Shown here: one piece after another, positions 1 to 7,697 of the stretch | Numbering within the stretch: position 1 is the stretch's first letter | Layout of the letters: each line of letters begins with the position of its first letter | Origin: Actinobacteria bacterium UBA7524 | Lineage (GTDB): Bacteria > Actinomycetota > Coriobacteriia > Anaerosomatales > UBA912 | NCBI GenBank assembly: GCA_002478275.1 | Contig: DLMY01000034.1 | Location: 1-32,643 of the forward strand | Direction: 5' to 3' | DNA length: 32,643 bases | The notes under the pieces: generated by a model | Told to the model about the DNA's origin: nothing | Database searches by the model: none | What the model saw: only the letters and a program-made list of their open reading frames with translations | Program-made: the position numbers and the translations under genes

Positions 1-59
1 CCCCCCGAAACCTTACGCGCTCCTGTGTGACGCTTCGGTGACGTGACCCGGGTCCTATC

Positions 60-68
60 TGCTAGAAT
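60..68 (+). promoter_or_regulatory. Extended -10 promoter candidate (TGC-TAGAAT)
   Basis: TGn-TAGAAT about 60 nt upstream of the ATG at 128; no clear -35. Confidence 0.5.
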
Positions 69-127
69 CTCGTTCAGTCCGCCGGGTCGAACACCCCCGG
101 CGCTCCGTGCACAGGGAAAGGGAGGTC

Positions 128-562
128 ATGGGCGACATCTTCGGTGAGTTGCTGAGCAACCCGGCAGTGGTGCTCGTCCGCAACCTGTGTACGCTCTTCT
201 TCGTGGTCCTACATTTCGCGCTCACGTTCTGGACGTACCGCGATGCCGATCGCCGAGGAGCGCTCGGTTGGTTCTGGGGCGTGACCTCGTTCCTGTTCCC
301 GTTCGCCGGATGGGCCATCTACATGGTCATGCGTCCGCCGGAGTTCGCGGCCGACGCGCGCGAACGTGATCTGGAGATCCGTGCCAAGGAAGTCACCCTC
401 GCACGAGACCTGGAGACCTGCCCGGCCTGCTACAAGCCGGTCGAGAAGGAGTTCCTGATCTGCCCGTACTGCATGAAGAAGCTGCGCAAGCCCTGCACGG
501 AGTGTGGCAAGGCGCTGAAGCTGCCCTGGAACGTCTGCCCCTACTGCAAGACCAAGCAGTAG
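128..562 (+). CDS. Membrane-anchored double zinc-ribbon domain protein
   Basis: SD GGGAGG before ATG128. Two hydrophobic N-terminal segments. Four CxxC motifs at the C-terminus (CPAC, CPYC, CTEC, CPYC). Confidence 0.85.
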   Translation: MGDIFGELLSNPAVVLVRNLCTLFFVVLHFALTFWTYRDADRRGALGWFWGVTSFLFPFAGWAIYMVMRPPEFAADARERDLEIRAKEVTLARDLETCPACYKPVEKEFLICPYCMKKLRKPCTECGKALKLPWNVCPYCKTKQ

Positions 563-584
563 TCGGCAGTCCCGTATCGACCCT

Positions 585-618
585 GACCGCCCCGCCAGTG
601 GCGGGGCGTCTCGTTTCT
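585..618 (+). terminator. GC-rich hairpin with weak U-tract, upstream of thrS
   Basis: CGCCCCGCC-agt-GGCGGGGCG followed by TCTCGTTTCT. Confidence 0.5.
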
Positions 619-641
619 CCAGCACGAAGGAGGTGCACCCG

Positions 642-2549
642 ATGCCAGATATCACGGTCAAGCTACCCGATGGCAGCGAGAAGCAGGTCCCCGAGGGCGC
701 GACCGTGCTCGATCTGGCGAACGCCATCGGGCCGCGGCTTGCGCAGGCCGCGCTTGCGGGTAAGGTCGACGGCGCGCTCGTCGACATCGAGCGTGTTCTC
801 TCGGACGGAGACGTCGTCGAGATCGTCACCGACAAGAGCCCCGAGGCGCTCGACCTGCTCCGTCATTCCTCCGCGCACGTCATGGCCGAGGCCATCAAGG
901 CGCTTCACCCCGAAGCGACCTTCGGTGTCGGCCCGTCGATCGAGGACGGCTTCTACTACGACTTCAAGATCGACACCCAGCTCACACCTGCCGACCTTGC
1001 GGCCATCGAGGAGCGCATGGCGCAGATAATCGCCGAGGAGCGCACCTTCGATCGTGCAGAGCTCACCAAGCTCGAAGCTCACGACCTGTTCGAGGGCGAC
1101 CCCTTCAAGCAGGAGCTCATCGACGAACTGCCCGAGGGCGAGATCATCTCCATCTATCGCGAAGGCGTCTTCACAGACCTATGCCGAGGACCCCATGTGC
1201 CTCACACCGGTCGTATCGGAGCGTTCAAGCTCATGAAGCTCGCCGGAGCCTATTGGCGAGGGGACAGCAGCCGCCCGATGCTGCAGCGCATCTACGGGAC
1301 AGCCTGGTTCACTCAGAAGGACTTGGACGACCATCTCGAGCGCATCGAGGAGGCGGAGCGTCGCGACCATCGCAAGCTCGGGCGCGAGCTCGACCTGTTC
1401 TCGCTGCACGAGAACGCCGGCGCAGGGCTGCCGCTCTATCACCCCAAGGGCGCGCGCATGTTGCGCATCATCCAGGAGTGGCTGCGCCAGGAGCTCTACC
1501 GCCGAGGGTACGACGAGGTCATCACGCCGCACGTGTACAAGGCCGATGTGTGGAAGACCTCGGGGCATTGGGACAACTACCGGGAGAACATGTACTTCTT
1601 CCAGATCGACGAGGGTGGCGGGCACGTCAACGACTACGGCATCAAACCGATGAACTGCCCCGGTCACATCATGGTCTTCCAGAACGACCTGCGCTCCTAC
1701 CGCGACCTGCCGATGCGTCTGTTCGAGTTCGGGACGGTCTACAGGCACGAGCTTTCCGGTGTCATGCACGGCCTGATGCGCGCACGCGGGTTCACGCAGG
1801 ACGACGCACACATCTTCTGCATGCCCGACCAGGTGCACGACGAGGTCATCGCCATGCTCGACCTGGTGGATTACGTCAACGGCGTGTTCGGGTTCGAGTA
1901 CACCGCCGAGGTCTCGACGAAGCCCGAGAAGTCCATCGGTTCGGACGAGGACTGGGAGCACGCCACCGACTCGCTCAAGAGCGCTCTCGAGGCGCGGGGC
2001 ATGGAGTACGAGATCAACGAAGGCGACGGTGCCTTCTACGGCCCCAAGATCGACATCAAGCTGCGGGATGCCATCGGCCGTACATGGCAGACCGCGACCA
2101 TCCAGGTCGACTTCAACAACCCGGAGCGCTTCGACATCACCTATCGCACCGCCGAGAACACCGAGGCGCGGCCGTTCATGTTGCACCGCACGATACTTGG
2201 CAGCATGGAGCGTTTCCTCGGCATATTGATCGAGCACTACGCGGGTGCGTTCCCGGCGTGGCTGGCGCCTGTGCAGGCGGTCGTCATCCCGATCGCCGAC
2301 CGGCATCTCGAGCATTGCGACTCGGTGCGTGCGCGCCTGGCCGCTACCGGTCTGCGTGTCGAGGTGTATGCGGACCAGGAACCGATGCGCGTCAAGATCG
2401 CCAAGGCGCAGCAGCAGAAGGTCCCTTACATGCTCGTGGTGGGGGACAAGGAGGTCGAGGCCGACGTCGTCTCGGTACGCGAGCGCACGCGAGGCGACAT
2501 CGGCCAGATGGGACTCGACGATTTCGCGAAGTCGGTGCTGGAAGCGTAA
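642..2549 (+). CDS. thrS: Threonine--tRNA ligase
   Basis: TGS domain, HSSAH, DLCRGPH, RDHRKLG, KPMNCPGH, GAFYGPKID and the anticodon-binding domain. SD AGGAGG favours ATG642 over GTG633. Confidence 0.98.
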   Translation: MPDITVKLPDGSEKQVPEGATVLDLANAIGPRLAQAALAGKVDGALVDIERVLSDGDVVEIVTDKSPEALDLLRHSSAHVMAEAIKALHPEATFGVGPSIEDGFYYDFKIDTQLTPADLAAIEERMAQIIAEERTFDRAELTKLEAHDLFEGDPFKQELIDELPEGEIISIYREGVFTDLCRGPHVPHTGRIGAFKLMKLAGAYWRGDSSRPMLQRIYGTAWFTQKDLDDHLERIEEAERRDHRKLGRELDLFSLHENAGAGLPLYHPKGARMLRIIQEWLRQELYRRGYDEVITPHVYKADVWKTSGHWDNYRENMYFFQIDEGGGHVNDYGIKPMNCPGHIMVFQNDLRSYRDLPMRLFEFGTVYRHELSGVMHGLMRARGFTQDDAHIFCMPDQVHDEVIAMLDLVDYVNGVFGFEYTAEVSTKPEKSIGSDEDWEHATDSLKSALEARGMEYEINEGDGAFYGPKIDIKLRDAIGRTWQTATIQVDFNNPERFDITYRTAENTEARPFMLHRTILGSMERFLGILIEHYAGAFPAWLAPVQAVVIPIADRHLEHCDSVRARLAATGLRVEVYADQEPMRVKIAKAQQQKVPYMLVVGDKEVEADVVSVRERTRGDIGQMGLDDFAKSVLEA

Positions 2550-2658
2550 CTGGCCTATCCCGGCAGCCTGCGATAACCTGGCAGGGAGTCAGTCTCGCGC
2601 GGGCGCCCAGGGGGATCACTGCGGCTGCGGGGGAGGAGCCGATCCACAGGGAGGTACG

Positions 2659-3237
2659 ATGAAGGCACGCGCGATCTCGGCACTGCTGTTGGCGTTGATA
2701 CTTGCGGCGGCCATGCTGGTGGGCTGCAGTGGTGACATTGACCAGGCCAACGAAGCCATCTCGGCGGCAAACGAGCACATCTCCGAGTTCAACCGTCTGG
2801 ACGGGGAGATCACGGAGACGTTCGGTCAGATCGAGGCGTTCGGCGGAGACGATGCCGACCTGCAGGCCAGCCTGGACCTGTGCGATGAGGTCAATGCGAT
2901 GCTTGCCCGGCGCGAGCAGGCGATCGCCGGCATGAAGTCCGAGTTCGACAAGATCCGGACGCTCGATGTCTCCGACGGCATCAAGACCTACGCTGCGCAG
3001 CAGACCGAGATCGCGGAGCTGCGCGGACAGGTAGACGCCAAGGCCAAGGAGCTCGTGGACACGCTCGCCGAGCTGATCCGCGCCGCAATGGACGACACAC
3101 TCGATGAGGAGTTGCTCTCAAGCATCTCGGATCGCATCGACACTCTGTCCTCGGAGGGTGAAGCGCTGCAAGCCGAACTCGATGAGAAGGAAGCGGCTTC
3201 CGCGCAGTACTTCATCGACGAGGGACTCGGGGAGTAG
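2659..3237 (+). CDS. Hypothetical coiled-coil lipoprotein
   Basis: SD GGGAGG and ATG2659. Signal peptide with lipobox LVG-C, then an acidic, heptad-rich helical body. Confidence 0.8.
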   Translation: MKARAISALLLALILAAAMLVGCSGDIDQANEAISAANEHISEFNRLDGEITETFGQIEAFGGDDADLQASLDLCDEVNAMLARREQAIAGMKSEFDKIRTLDVSDGIKTYAAQQTEIAELRGQVDAKAKELVDTLAELIRAAMDDTLDEELLSSISDRIDTLSSEGEALQAELDEKEAASAQYFIDEGLGE

Positions 3238-3319
3238 CCGGGGCGATCGCACAGCACCATATCGACATACCATCAGCAGGTTTCGCCATGCTGACAGATA
3301 TGCCATACTTCGGCGTGCT

Positions 3320-3349
3320 TTGCGCGCCTGGGGTATCGCCAGGTATAGT
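3320..3349 (+). promoter_or_regulatory. Sigma70-type promoter candidate for the 67-aa gene
   Basis: TTGCGC-N18-TATAGT. Confidence 0.5.
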
Positions 3350-3427
3350 CAAAGGGATAAGGGAACCTGGTCGGTTCGTTATGCTGTGTGATGGACCGGG
3401 GCAGGTGTTCGACGGCAGGGTGATCGC

Positions 3428-3631
3428 ATGGGCAAGTTGTACGACTACTGTCAGAAGATCGACCAGCATATACAGGCGAATGGGCTTGACGTCTTTCGCA
3501 CACGCGGCGCGCTGGCCATGAAGACGGGTTTCATCGTCACCCTTGTCGGGCCTGACGATCCTGACGATCCAGAGAAGATCAGGGCACTCAAAGAAGCTGC
3601 GAAGGAAGTGCTGGACCTGACCCTGGTCTGA
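3428..3631 (+). CDS. Small conserved hypothetical protein (67 aa)
   Basis: Typical codon usage and a weak SD (AGGGTG). Helix-turn-like pattern ending PDDPEKIRALKEAAKEVL. Confidence 0.8.
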   Translation: MGKLYDYCQKIDQHIQANGLDVFRTRGALAMKTGFIVTLVGPDDPDDPEKIRALKEAAKEVLDLTLV

Positions 3632-3677
3632 TCCGTCACCCCTGGCTCCCTGACCCCGTCTACTCCTGTAAGCCCGG

Positions 3678-3706
3678 TGGACACAGCGTCCGCGCGTCAG
3701 TATACT
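3678..3706 (+). promoter_or_regulatory. Sigma70 promoter of infC-rpmI-rplT
   Basis: TGGACA-N17-TATACT. Confidence 0.75.
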
Positions 3707-3724
3707 TGGCAATCCAACTGCATA

Positions 3725-3935
3725 GCGCATGAAGCGGGACCCCCGGCTCGGCCGGGAGTGGTCCCCACCTTGCGGCGCCGATGACGGCAGCTGTCTGGTC
3801 GAAGAGTTCGAGGAACCGGTTGCGAATCCAACGGTTCTCCTCGGCAGTATTCGTCCCGTAGGCCGTCAGCCGCGGGACATCTGTATTTCTGGAGGTGGCG
3901 CTCGATCGGCGGCGCCGCGACAAACGGAGGTGAAC
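3725..3935 (+). promoter_or_regulatory. Structured infC 5' leader (putative bL20-responsive leader)
   Basis: Nested stems: GGGAC/GTCCC, CCCGGC/GCCGGG, CCACCT(3765-70)/AGGTGG(3893-98), GCGGC/GCCGC, TGACGGC/GCCGTCA, GAGGAACCG/CGGTTCTCCTC. Its position matches known L20 leaders. Confidence 0.6.
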
Positions 3936-3940
3936 GGCCC

Positions 3941-4528
3941 ATCAGCACGACCGAACCGAGGATCAACGAGAAGATCCGTGTACCGCGAGTGCGATTGATC
4001 GGGGTTGACGGATCGCAGCTAGGCATCTTCGCCACGAGCGACGCGCAACGCATCGCAGACGATCAGAACCTCGATCTGGTCGAAGTCGCGCCCGGCAGCG
4101 ACCCTCCGGTATGCAGGATCATGGACTACGGCAAGTACAAGTACGAGCAGGATATGAAGGCCAAGAAGGCCCGTAAGCACCAGACCAAGGTCGAGATCAA
4201 AGAGATCAAGTTCCGCCCCAAGATCGACACGCACGACTACGAGACCAAGAAGAAGCACGTCGTGCGCTTTCTGACCGCAGGGGCGAAGGTCAAGGTGACG
4301 ATCATGTTCCGTGGCCGAGAGATGGTTCACGCGGAGCGCGGGTTGGCGATCCTCGAGAGGCTCGCTGGAGAGTTGGAGGAGCTGGCGGTCATCGAAGCCG
4401 CGCCGAAGCTCGAAGGGCGCAACATGTTCATGCTGATCGCGCCCGTGAAGAAGGACCCGGTGAAGAAGGCCGACGAGGCGGAGGACGATGAGGTCGCCGC
4501 TGAAGCCGGAACCGAAGATCAGGAGTGA
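3941..4528 (+). CDS. infC: Translation initiation factor IF-3 (non-canonical ATC start)
   Basis: SD GGAGGTG precedes the in-frame ATC3941, giving (M)STTEPRINEKIRVPRVRLIG. Motifs PPVCRIMDYGKYKYE, KEIKFRPKID and FRGRE. Confidence 0.97.
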   Translation: MSTTEPRINEKIRVPRVRLIGVDGSQLGIFATSDAQRIADDQNLDLVEVAPGSDPPVCRIMDYGKYKYEQDMKAKKARKHQTKVEIKEIKFRPKIDTHDYETKKKHVVRFLTAGAKVKVTIMFRGREMVHAERGLAILERLAGELEELAVIEAAPKLEGRNMFMLIAPVKKDPVKKADEAEDDEVAAEAGTEDQE

Positions 4529-4534
4529 TGTGAT

Positions 4535-4735
4535 ATGCCGAAGATGAAGACCCACAAAGGGACCGCGAAGCGGTTCAAGCTGACCGGTTCCGGTCGTAAG
4601 ATCAAGCGCGGCAACGCGTTCAAGAGCCACATCCTGGAGAAGAAGAGCCCGAAGCGTAAGAGGGCATTCACCTCTCCGTCATACGTCCACCCGTCGGACG
4701 AGAAGGTCATCCGCAAGCAGCTCGGCGTCGGTTAG
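4535..4735 (+). CDS. rpmI: 50S ribosomal protein L35
   Basis: [20 protein letters not shown]; sits between infC and rplT. Confidence 0.98.
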   Translation: MPKMKTHKGTAKRFKLTGSGRKIKRGNAFKSHILEKKSPKRKRAFTSPSYVHPSDEKVIRKQLGVG

Positions 4736-4774
4736 CGCGGCGTTCTGCCCTTAAAGCAAGGAGAGTGATCCCTC

Positions 4775-5134
4775 ATGCCCAGAGTCAAGCGCGCAGTCAG
4801 CGCGAAGAAGAAGCGCCGCACAGTTCTCGGCAAGGCCAAGGGCTACTACGGTGCCAAGAGCCGCAGCTACAAGGCCGCCAAGGAGCAGGTGCAGCATTCG
4901 CTGCAGTACGCTTACCGTGACCGTCGTAACAAGAAGCGCGAGATCCGCCGCCTGTGGATCACGCGCATCAACGCCGGTGCACGCCTGAGCGGCATGTCTT
5001 ACTCGCAGTTCATGAACGGCCTGAAGAAGGCCGGCGTCGAACTGGACCGCAAGGTGCTGTCCGACATGGCCATCAACGACCCGGCGTCCTTTGCCAAGCT
5101 CGTCGAGGTCGCCAAGGAGACCGTCGCCGCTTAA
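4775..5134 (+). CDS. rplT: 50S ribosomal protein L20
   Basis: MPRVKR...AKGYYG...YAYRDRR...[11 protein letters not shown]...[10 protein letters not shown]. Confidence 0.98.
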   Translation: MPRVKRAVSAKKKRRTVLGKAKGYYGAKSRSYKAAKEQVQHSLQYAYRDRRNKKREIRRLWITRINAGARLSGMSYSQFMNGLKKAGVELDRKVLSDMAINDPASFAKLVEVAKETVAA

Positions 5135-5160
5135 GGCTCCTCTAAAGATCCAGTACTCGT

Positions 5161-5200
5161 GACGGGTCCCGTGCCGAGAAAGGCGTGGGGCCCGTTCTCA
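5161..5200 (+). terminator. Hairpin terminator after rplT
   Basis: 15-bp stem with GU pairs, GACGGGTCCCGTGCC-gagaaa-GGCGTGGGGCCCGTT, and a short pyrimidine tail. Confidence 0.65.
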
Positions 5201-5206
5201 CGTTCC

Positions 5207-5234
5207 GGTTTGGGTTTCGGATAGACCCGGGCAA
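5207..5234 (+). promoter_or_regulatory. Candidate SigB/SigF-family promoter for the tasA-like/sipW cassette
   Basis: GGTTT-N17-GGGCAA, against the family consensus GTTT-N15-17-GGGWAW. Confidence 0.35.
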
Positions 5235-5333
5235 GAGTCTGTTCCGACCCGTGTGCGACTGTCACATAGCGTGGCCACGCGACCAGTCAGCCGCCGGCTC
5301 CCCCTTCGGTCGGCATGAAAGACAGGGGAGACC

Positions 5334-5819
5334 ATGAAACGCATCTACTCGTTCGCAGCAGGCATCGCGCTTGTCGTCTGTGTCAGTGGCGCAAGCGCGT
5401 ACTTCACTGCACAAAGCCAGGTTCCCGACAACGTCATCCGTTCGGGTAATGTGGCTGTCGCCAGCGTTCCGGCGACTTCTGCGATCTCAGCCGAGGGCCT
5501 CGCGCCCGGCGTACCGGTGACACGCGCTATGACGGTGCGCAACACAGGCTCGCTCACTTCCGACATCGTGGTGACAGGCGCGAAGAAGATGGGCATCACA
5601 GCGTTCTACGATGTGCTGGAGGTCCGCGTCACGAATGGCGGCCGGGTACTCTACGACGGCCCGATGAAGTCGCTCAAGACCGAGCCGCTCACACTGCAGG
5701 CTGGTCAGGCAGCGGAACTGCGCTTCGAGATCACGCTGCCCGCATCCGCTTCGAACACCTTGGCCGACAGCTACGTGCGGATGACGTTGTACGTGGACGC
5801 GGAGCAGCACCGGTCATGA
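5334..5819 (+). CDS. TasA/camelysin-like secreted protein with SipW-dependent signal peptide
   Basis: 22-aa signal ending ASA|YFT. NVIRSGNV, LAPG, VRNTGSL and terminal VDAEQ parallel the TasA/CalY motifs FASGTL, LKPG, NNGSL and FEATQ. Adjacent to a sipW-like gene. Confidence 0.8.
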   Translation: MKRIYSFAAGIALVVCVSGASAYFTAQSQVPDNVIRSGNVAVASVPATSAISAEGLAPGVPVTRAMTVRNTGSLTSDIVVTGAKKMGITAFYDVLEVRVTNGGRVLYDGPMKSLKTEPLTLQAGQAAELRFEITLPASASNTLADSYVRMTLYVDAEQHRS

Positions 5820-6328
5820 GGGGTCTCGCGCGCCTGCTCAGTCCAGCGGCCCTGGGTGTTCTGGTGGGAGTCGCGTGCCTGACCCTGCGGCTTGCCGTGG
5901 TCACCGGCGGTTCGATGGAACCCGCCCTGCATGCCGGCGACGTCTGTGTCGTTTCGCGCAGAGCCGAGGCGGGCGTCGGGGACGTCTTGCTCTTTCGCGA
6001 CGGTGGGCGTCTGCCGGTCCTGCACCGGATCGTCTCCCGCGAGGCCGATGGTGCGGTCCGCACGAGAGGTGACGCGAACCCTGTGCCCGACTTCGAGTTA
6101 GTCGACAGGGACTCACACGTGGGCAAGGTCGTGCTGGTCCTGCCGTTCGGGACCGCGGTGCGCGGCTGGATGCAGTCGAGCTGTGGTGCTACACTCCTGA
6201 ACCAATCGAATACGAGACAGGCGATGACGGAGAGGCGTTCGCGCGACTCGTCCGCCGTACAGGGAGAAGGCTCTCAGACTGCAAGGCCTTCCTCGGACGG
6301 CGCGAACGGTTCACTCCACGAGCTGTGA
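5816..6328 (+). CDS. sipW: SipW-type (ER/archaeal-like, Ser-His) signal peptidase I
   Basis: N-terminal TM segment, GGSMEP (Ser), VLHRI (His), TRGDAN..D, GKV. ATGA overlap with the upstream gene. The last ~50 codons overlap the pheS promoter and T-box. Confidence 0.85.
   Translation: MRGLARLLSPAALGVLVGVACLTLRLAVVTGGSMEPALHAGDVCVVSRRAEAGVGDVLLFRDGGRLPVLHRIVSREADGAVRTRGDANPVPDFELVDRDSHVGKVVLVLPFGTAVRGWMQSSCGATLLNQSNTRQAMTERRSRDSSAVQGEGSQTARPSSDGANGSLHEL
6167..6195 (+). promoter_or_regulatory. pheST promoter candidate inside the sipW ORF
   Basis: TGGATG-N17-TACACT with an extended TG, about 25 nt upstream of T-box stem I. Confidence 0.55.
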
Positions 6329-6538
6329 ACTGAACCGGTCCGGCGAAACGTCGGTCGAAGTAGGGGATCCGGAGCTCCCGATACAGAGCCGGGCGACAGA
6401 GAGGTCGTCTGCACGCCGCCGATCCAGGCGCTGTGTGAATGAGTGGGCCCGGGTTGTCCGGGTCAACCGAGGTGGTACCGCGGGAGCCGGCTCCCGTCCT
6501 TGGAGGACATCCAGGGGCATGGCCGGCTCCCTTTCTTG
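6221..6538 (+). promoter_or_regulatory. T-box riboswitch (Phe), transcriptional type
   Basis: GA motif GCGATGA, AGGGAG bulge, GACTG loop, specifier TTC (6310-12), AGTA box, T-box AACCGAGGTGGTACCGCG (6465-82). Terminator GGGAGCCGGC/GCCGGCTCCC + TTTCTT. Confidence 0.92.
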
Positions 6539-6570
6539 TTTCGGGCGAGCACAAGGAGCAAAGACGCACT

Positions 6571-7632
6571 ATGGGCATCATCGAGCAGTTGCATCAGATG
6601 AAGGGCCAGGCACTCGAACGCATCTCCGCTGCGCAGGACCTGAGTGGACTCGACGCGACCCGGGTCGAGTTCCTGGGCAAGAAGGGCTCCCTGACTTCGA
6701 TACTCAGAGGCCTGGGCTCGCTTCCTGCCGACGAGCGTCCGATGGTCGGCAAGGTCTCCAACGAAGTGCGGGTGGAGCTTGAGTCTGCGATCGACACGAG
6801 GCGCGAAGAGTTGCGGACGATGGAGCTGGAGGCGAAGGTCGCGTCCGATGCTGTCGACGTCACCCTGCCTGGCCGGGTGCGCATGCCCGGACGAGAGCAT
6901 CTGATCGAGAGGATCACGCGCGAAGTGGTGGAGATCTTCGTGGGCCTGGGATACCGGGTCGCAGAAGGTCCGGAGGTCGAGCTGGCCTACTACAACTTCA
7001 CGGCGCTCAACACACCTGAAGCCCACCCCGCTCGCTCTGCCAGCGATACCTTCTACGTACGTGATCTCTCCTCGGCGGAAGTGAGCGCTACGGGAGAATC
7101 GGATGTGCTGCTGCGCACGCATACGAGTCCCGCACAGGTGCGCGTGATGGAGGCCCAGAAGCCGCCGATCTACATCGTGGTGCCGGGCAAGGTCTACCGG
7201 CCTGACGCCCCGGATCCGAGCCATCTACCGCAGTTCACCCAGGTGGAGGGCCTAGTGGTAGACGAAGGCATCACCTTCGCCGATCTGAAAGGTACGCTGG
7301 AGCATTTCTGCCACGAGATGTTCGGATACGATCGCAAGACGCGCATCAGGCCGCACTTCTTCCCGTTCACCGAGCCTTCGGCGGAAGTCGACGTCTCGTG
7401 CGGGATCTGCGCGGGTGCCGGTTGCCGCTTCTGCGGCAACACGGGGTGGCTGGAGATCCTGGGGTGCGGCATGGTCGACCCGAATGTCTTCGGGTACGCG
7501 GGTGTCGATACCGAGCGCTATACGGGATTCGCTTTCGGGATGGGCGTCGAGCGGATCGCGGCGCTCAAGTACGGGCTGCCTGATCTGCGCATGCTGGTCG
7601 AGGGTGACATGCGCTTCTTGAGGCAGTTCTAG
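6571..7632 (+). CDS. pheS: Phenylalanine--tRNA ligase alpha subunit
   Basis: SD AAGGAG and ATG6571. LGKKG, HPAR, LLRTHTSP, FPFTEPS, CxxCxGxGCxxC, WLEILGCGMV, GFAFGMG. Confidence 0.98.
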   Translation: MGIIEQLHQMKGQALERISAAQDLSGLDATRVEFLGKKGSLTSILRGLGSLPADERPMVGKVSNEVRVELESAIDTRREELRTMELEAKVASDAVDVTLPGRVRMPGREHLIERITREVVEIFVGLGYRVAEGPEVELAYYNFTALNTPEAHPARSASDTFYVRDLSSAEVSATGESDVLLRTHTSPAQVRVMEAQKPPIYIVVPGKVYRPDAPDPSHLPQFTQVEGLVVDEGITFADLKGTLEHFCHEMFGYDRKTRIRPHFFPFTEPSAEVDVSCGICAGAGCRFCGNTGWLEILGCGMVDPNVFGYAGVDTERYTGFAFGMGVERIAALKYGLPDLRMLVEGDMRFLRQF

Positions 7633-7697
7633 CGGAGAGGTAGAAGGAAGCAGACCTCGCGGCCGGTGTGGCCGCGCGATGAAAGGAATCGGTCCGG

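Noticed and set aside
2245..2658. N-terminal extension of the lipoprotein ORF (also the extended starts for pheS, argD, argG, argH, mpg and the PBP)
   Set aside because: They overlap upstream genes or leaders. SD position and homology support the later starts.
1179..2662. Long antisense and alternate-frame ORFs over thrS (also over argD, argG and the PBPs)
   Set aside because: Shadows of high GC3 codon bias; no motifs or SD sites.
5252..5266. CRP-like site TGTGC-N5-TCACA
   Set aside because: Spacer is 5 rather than 6 bp and one half-site mismatches.
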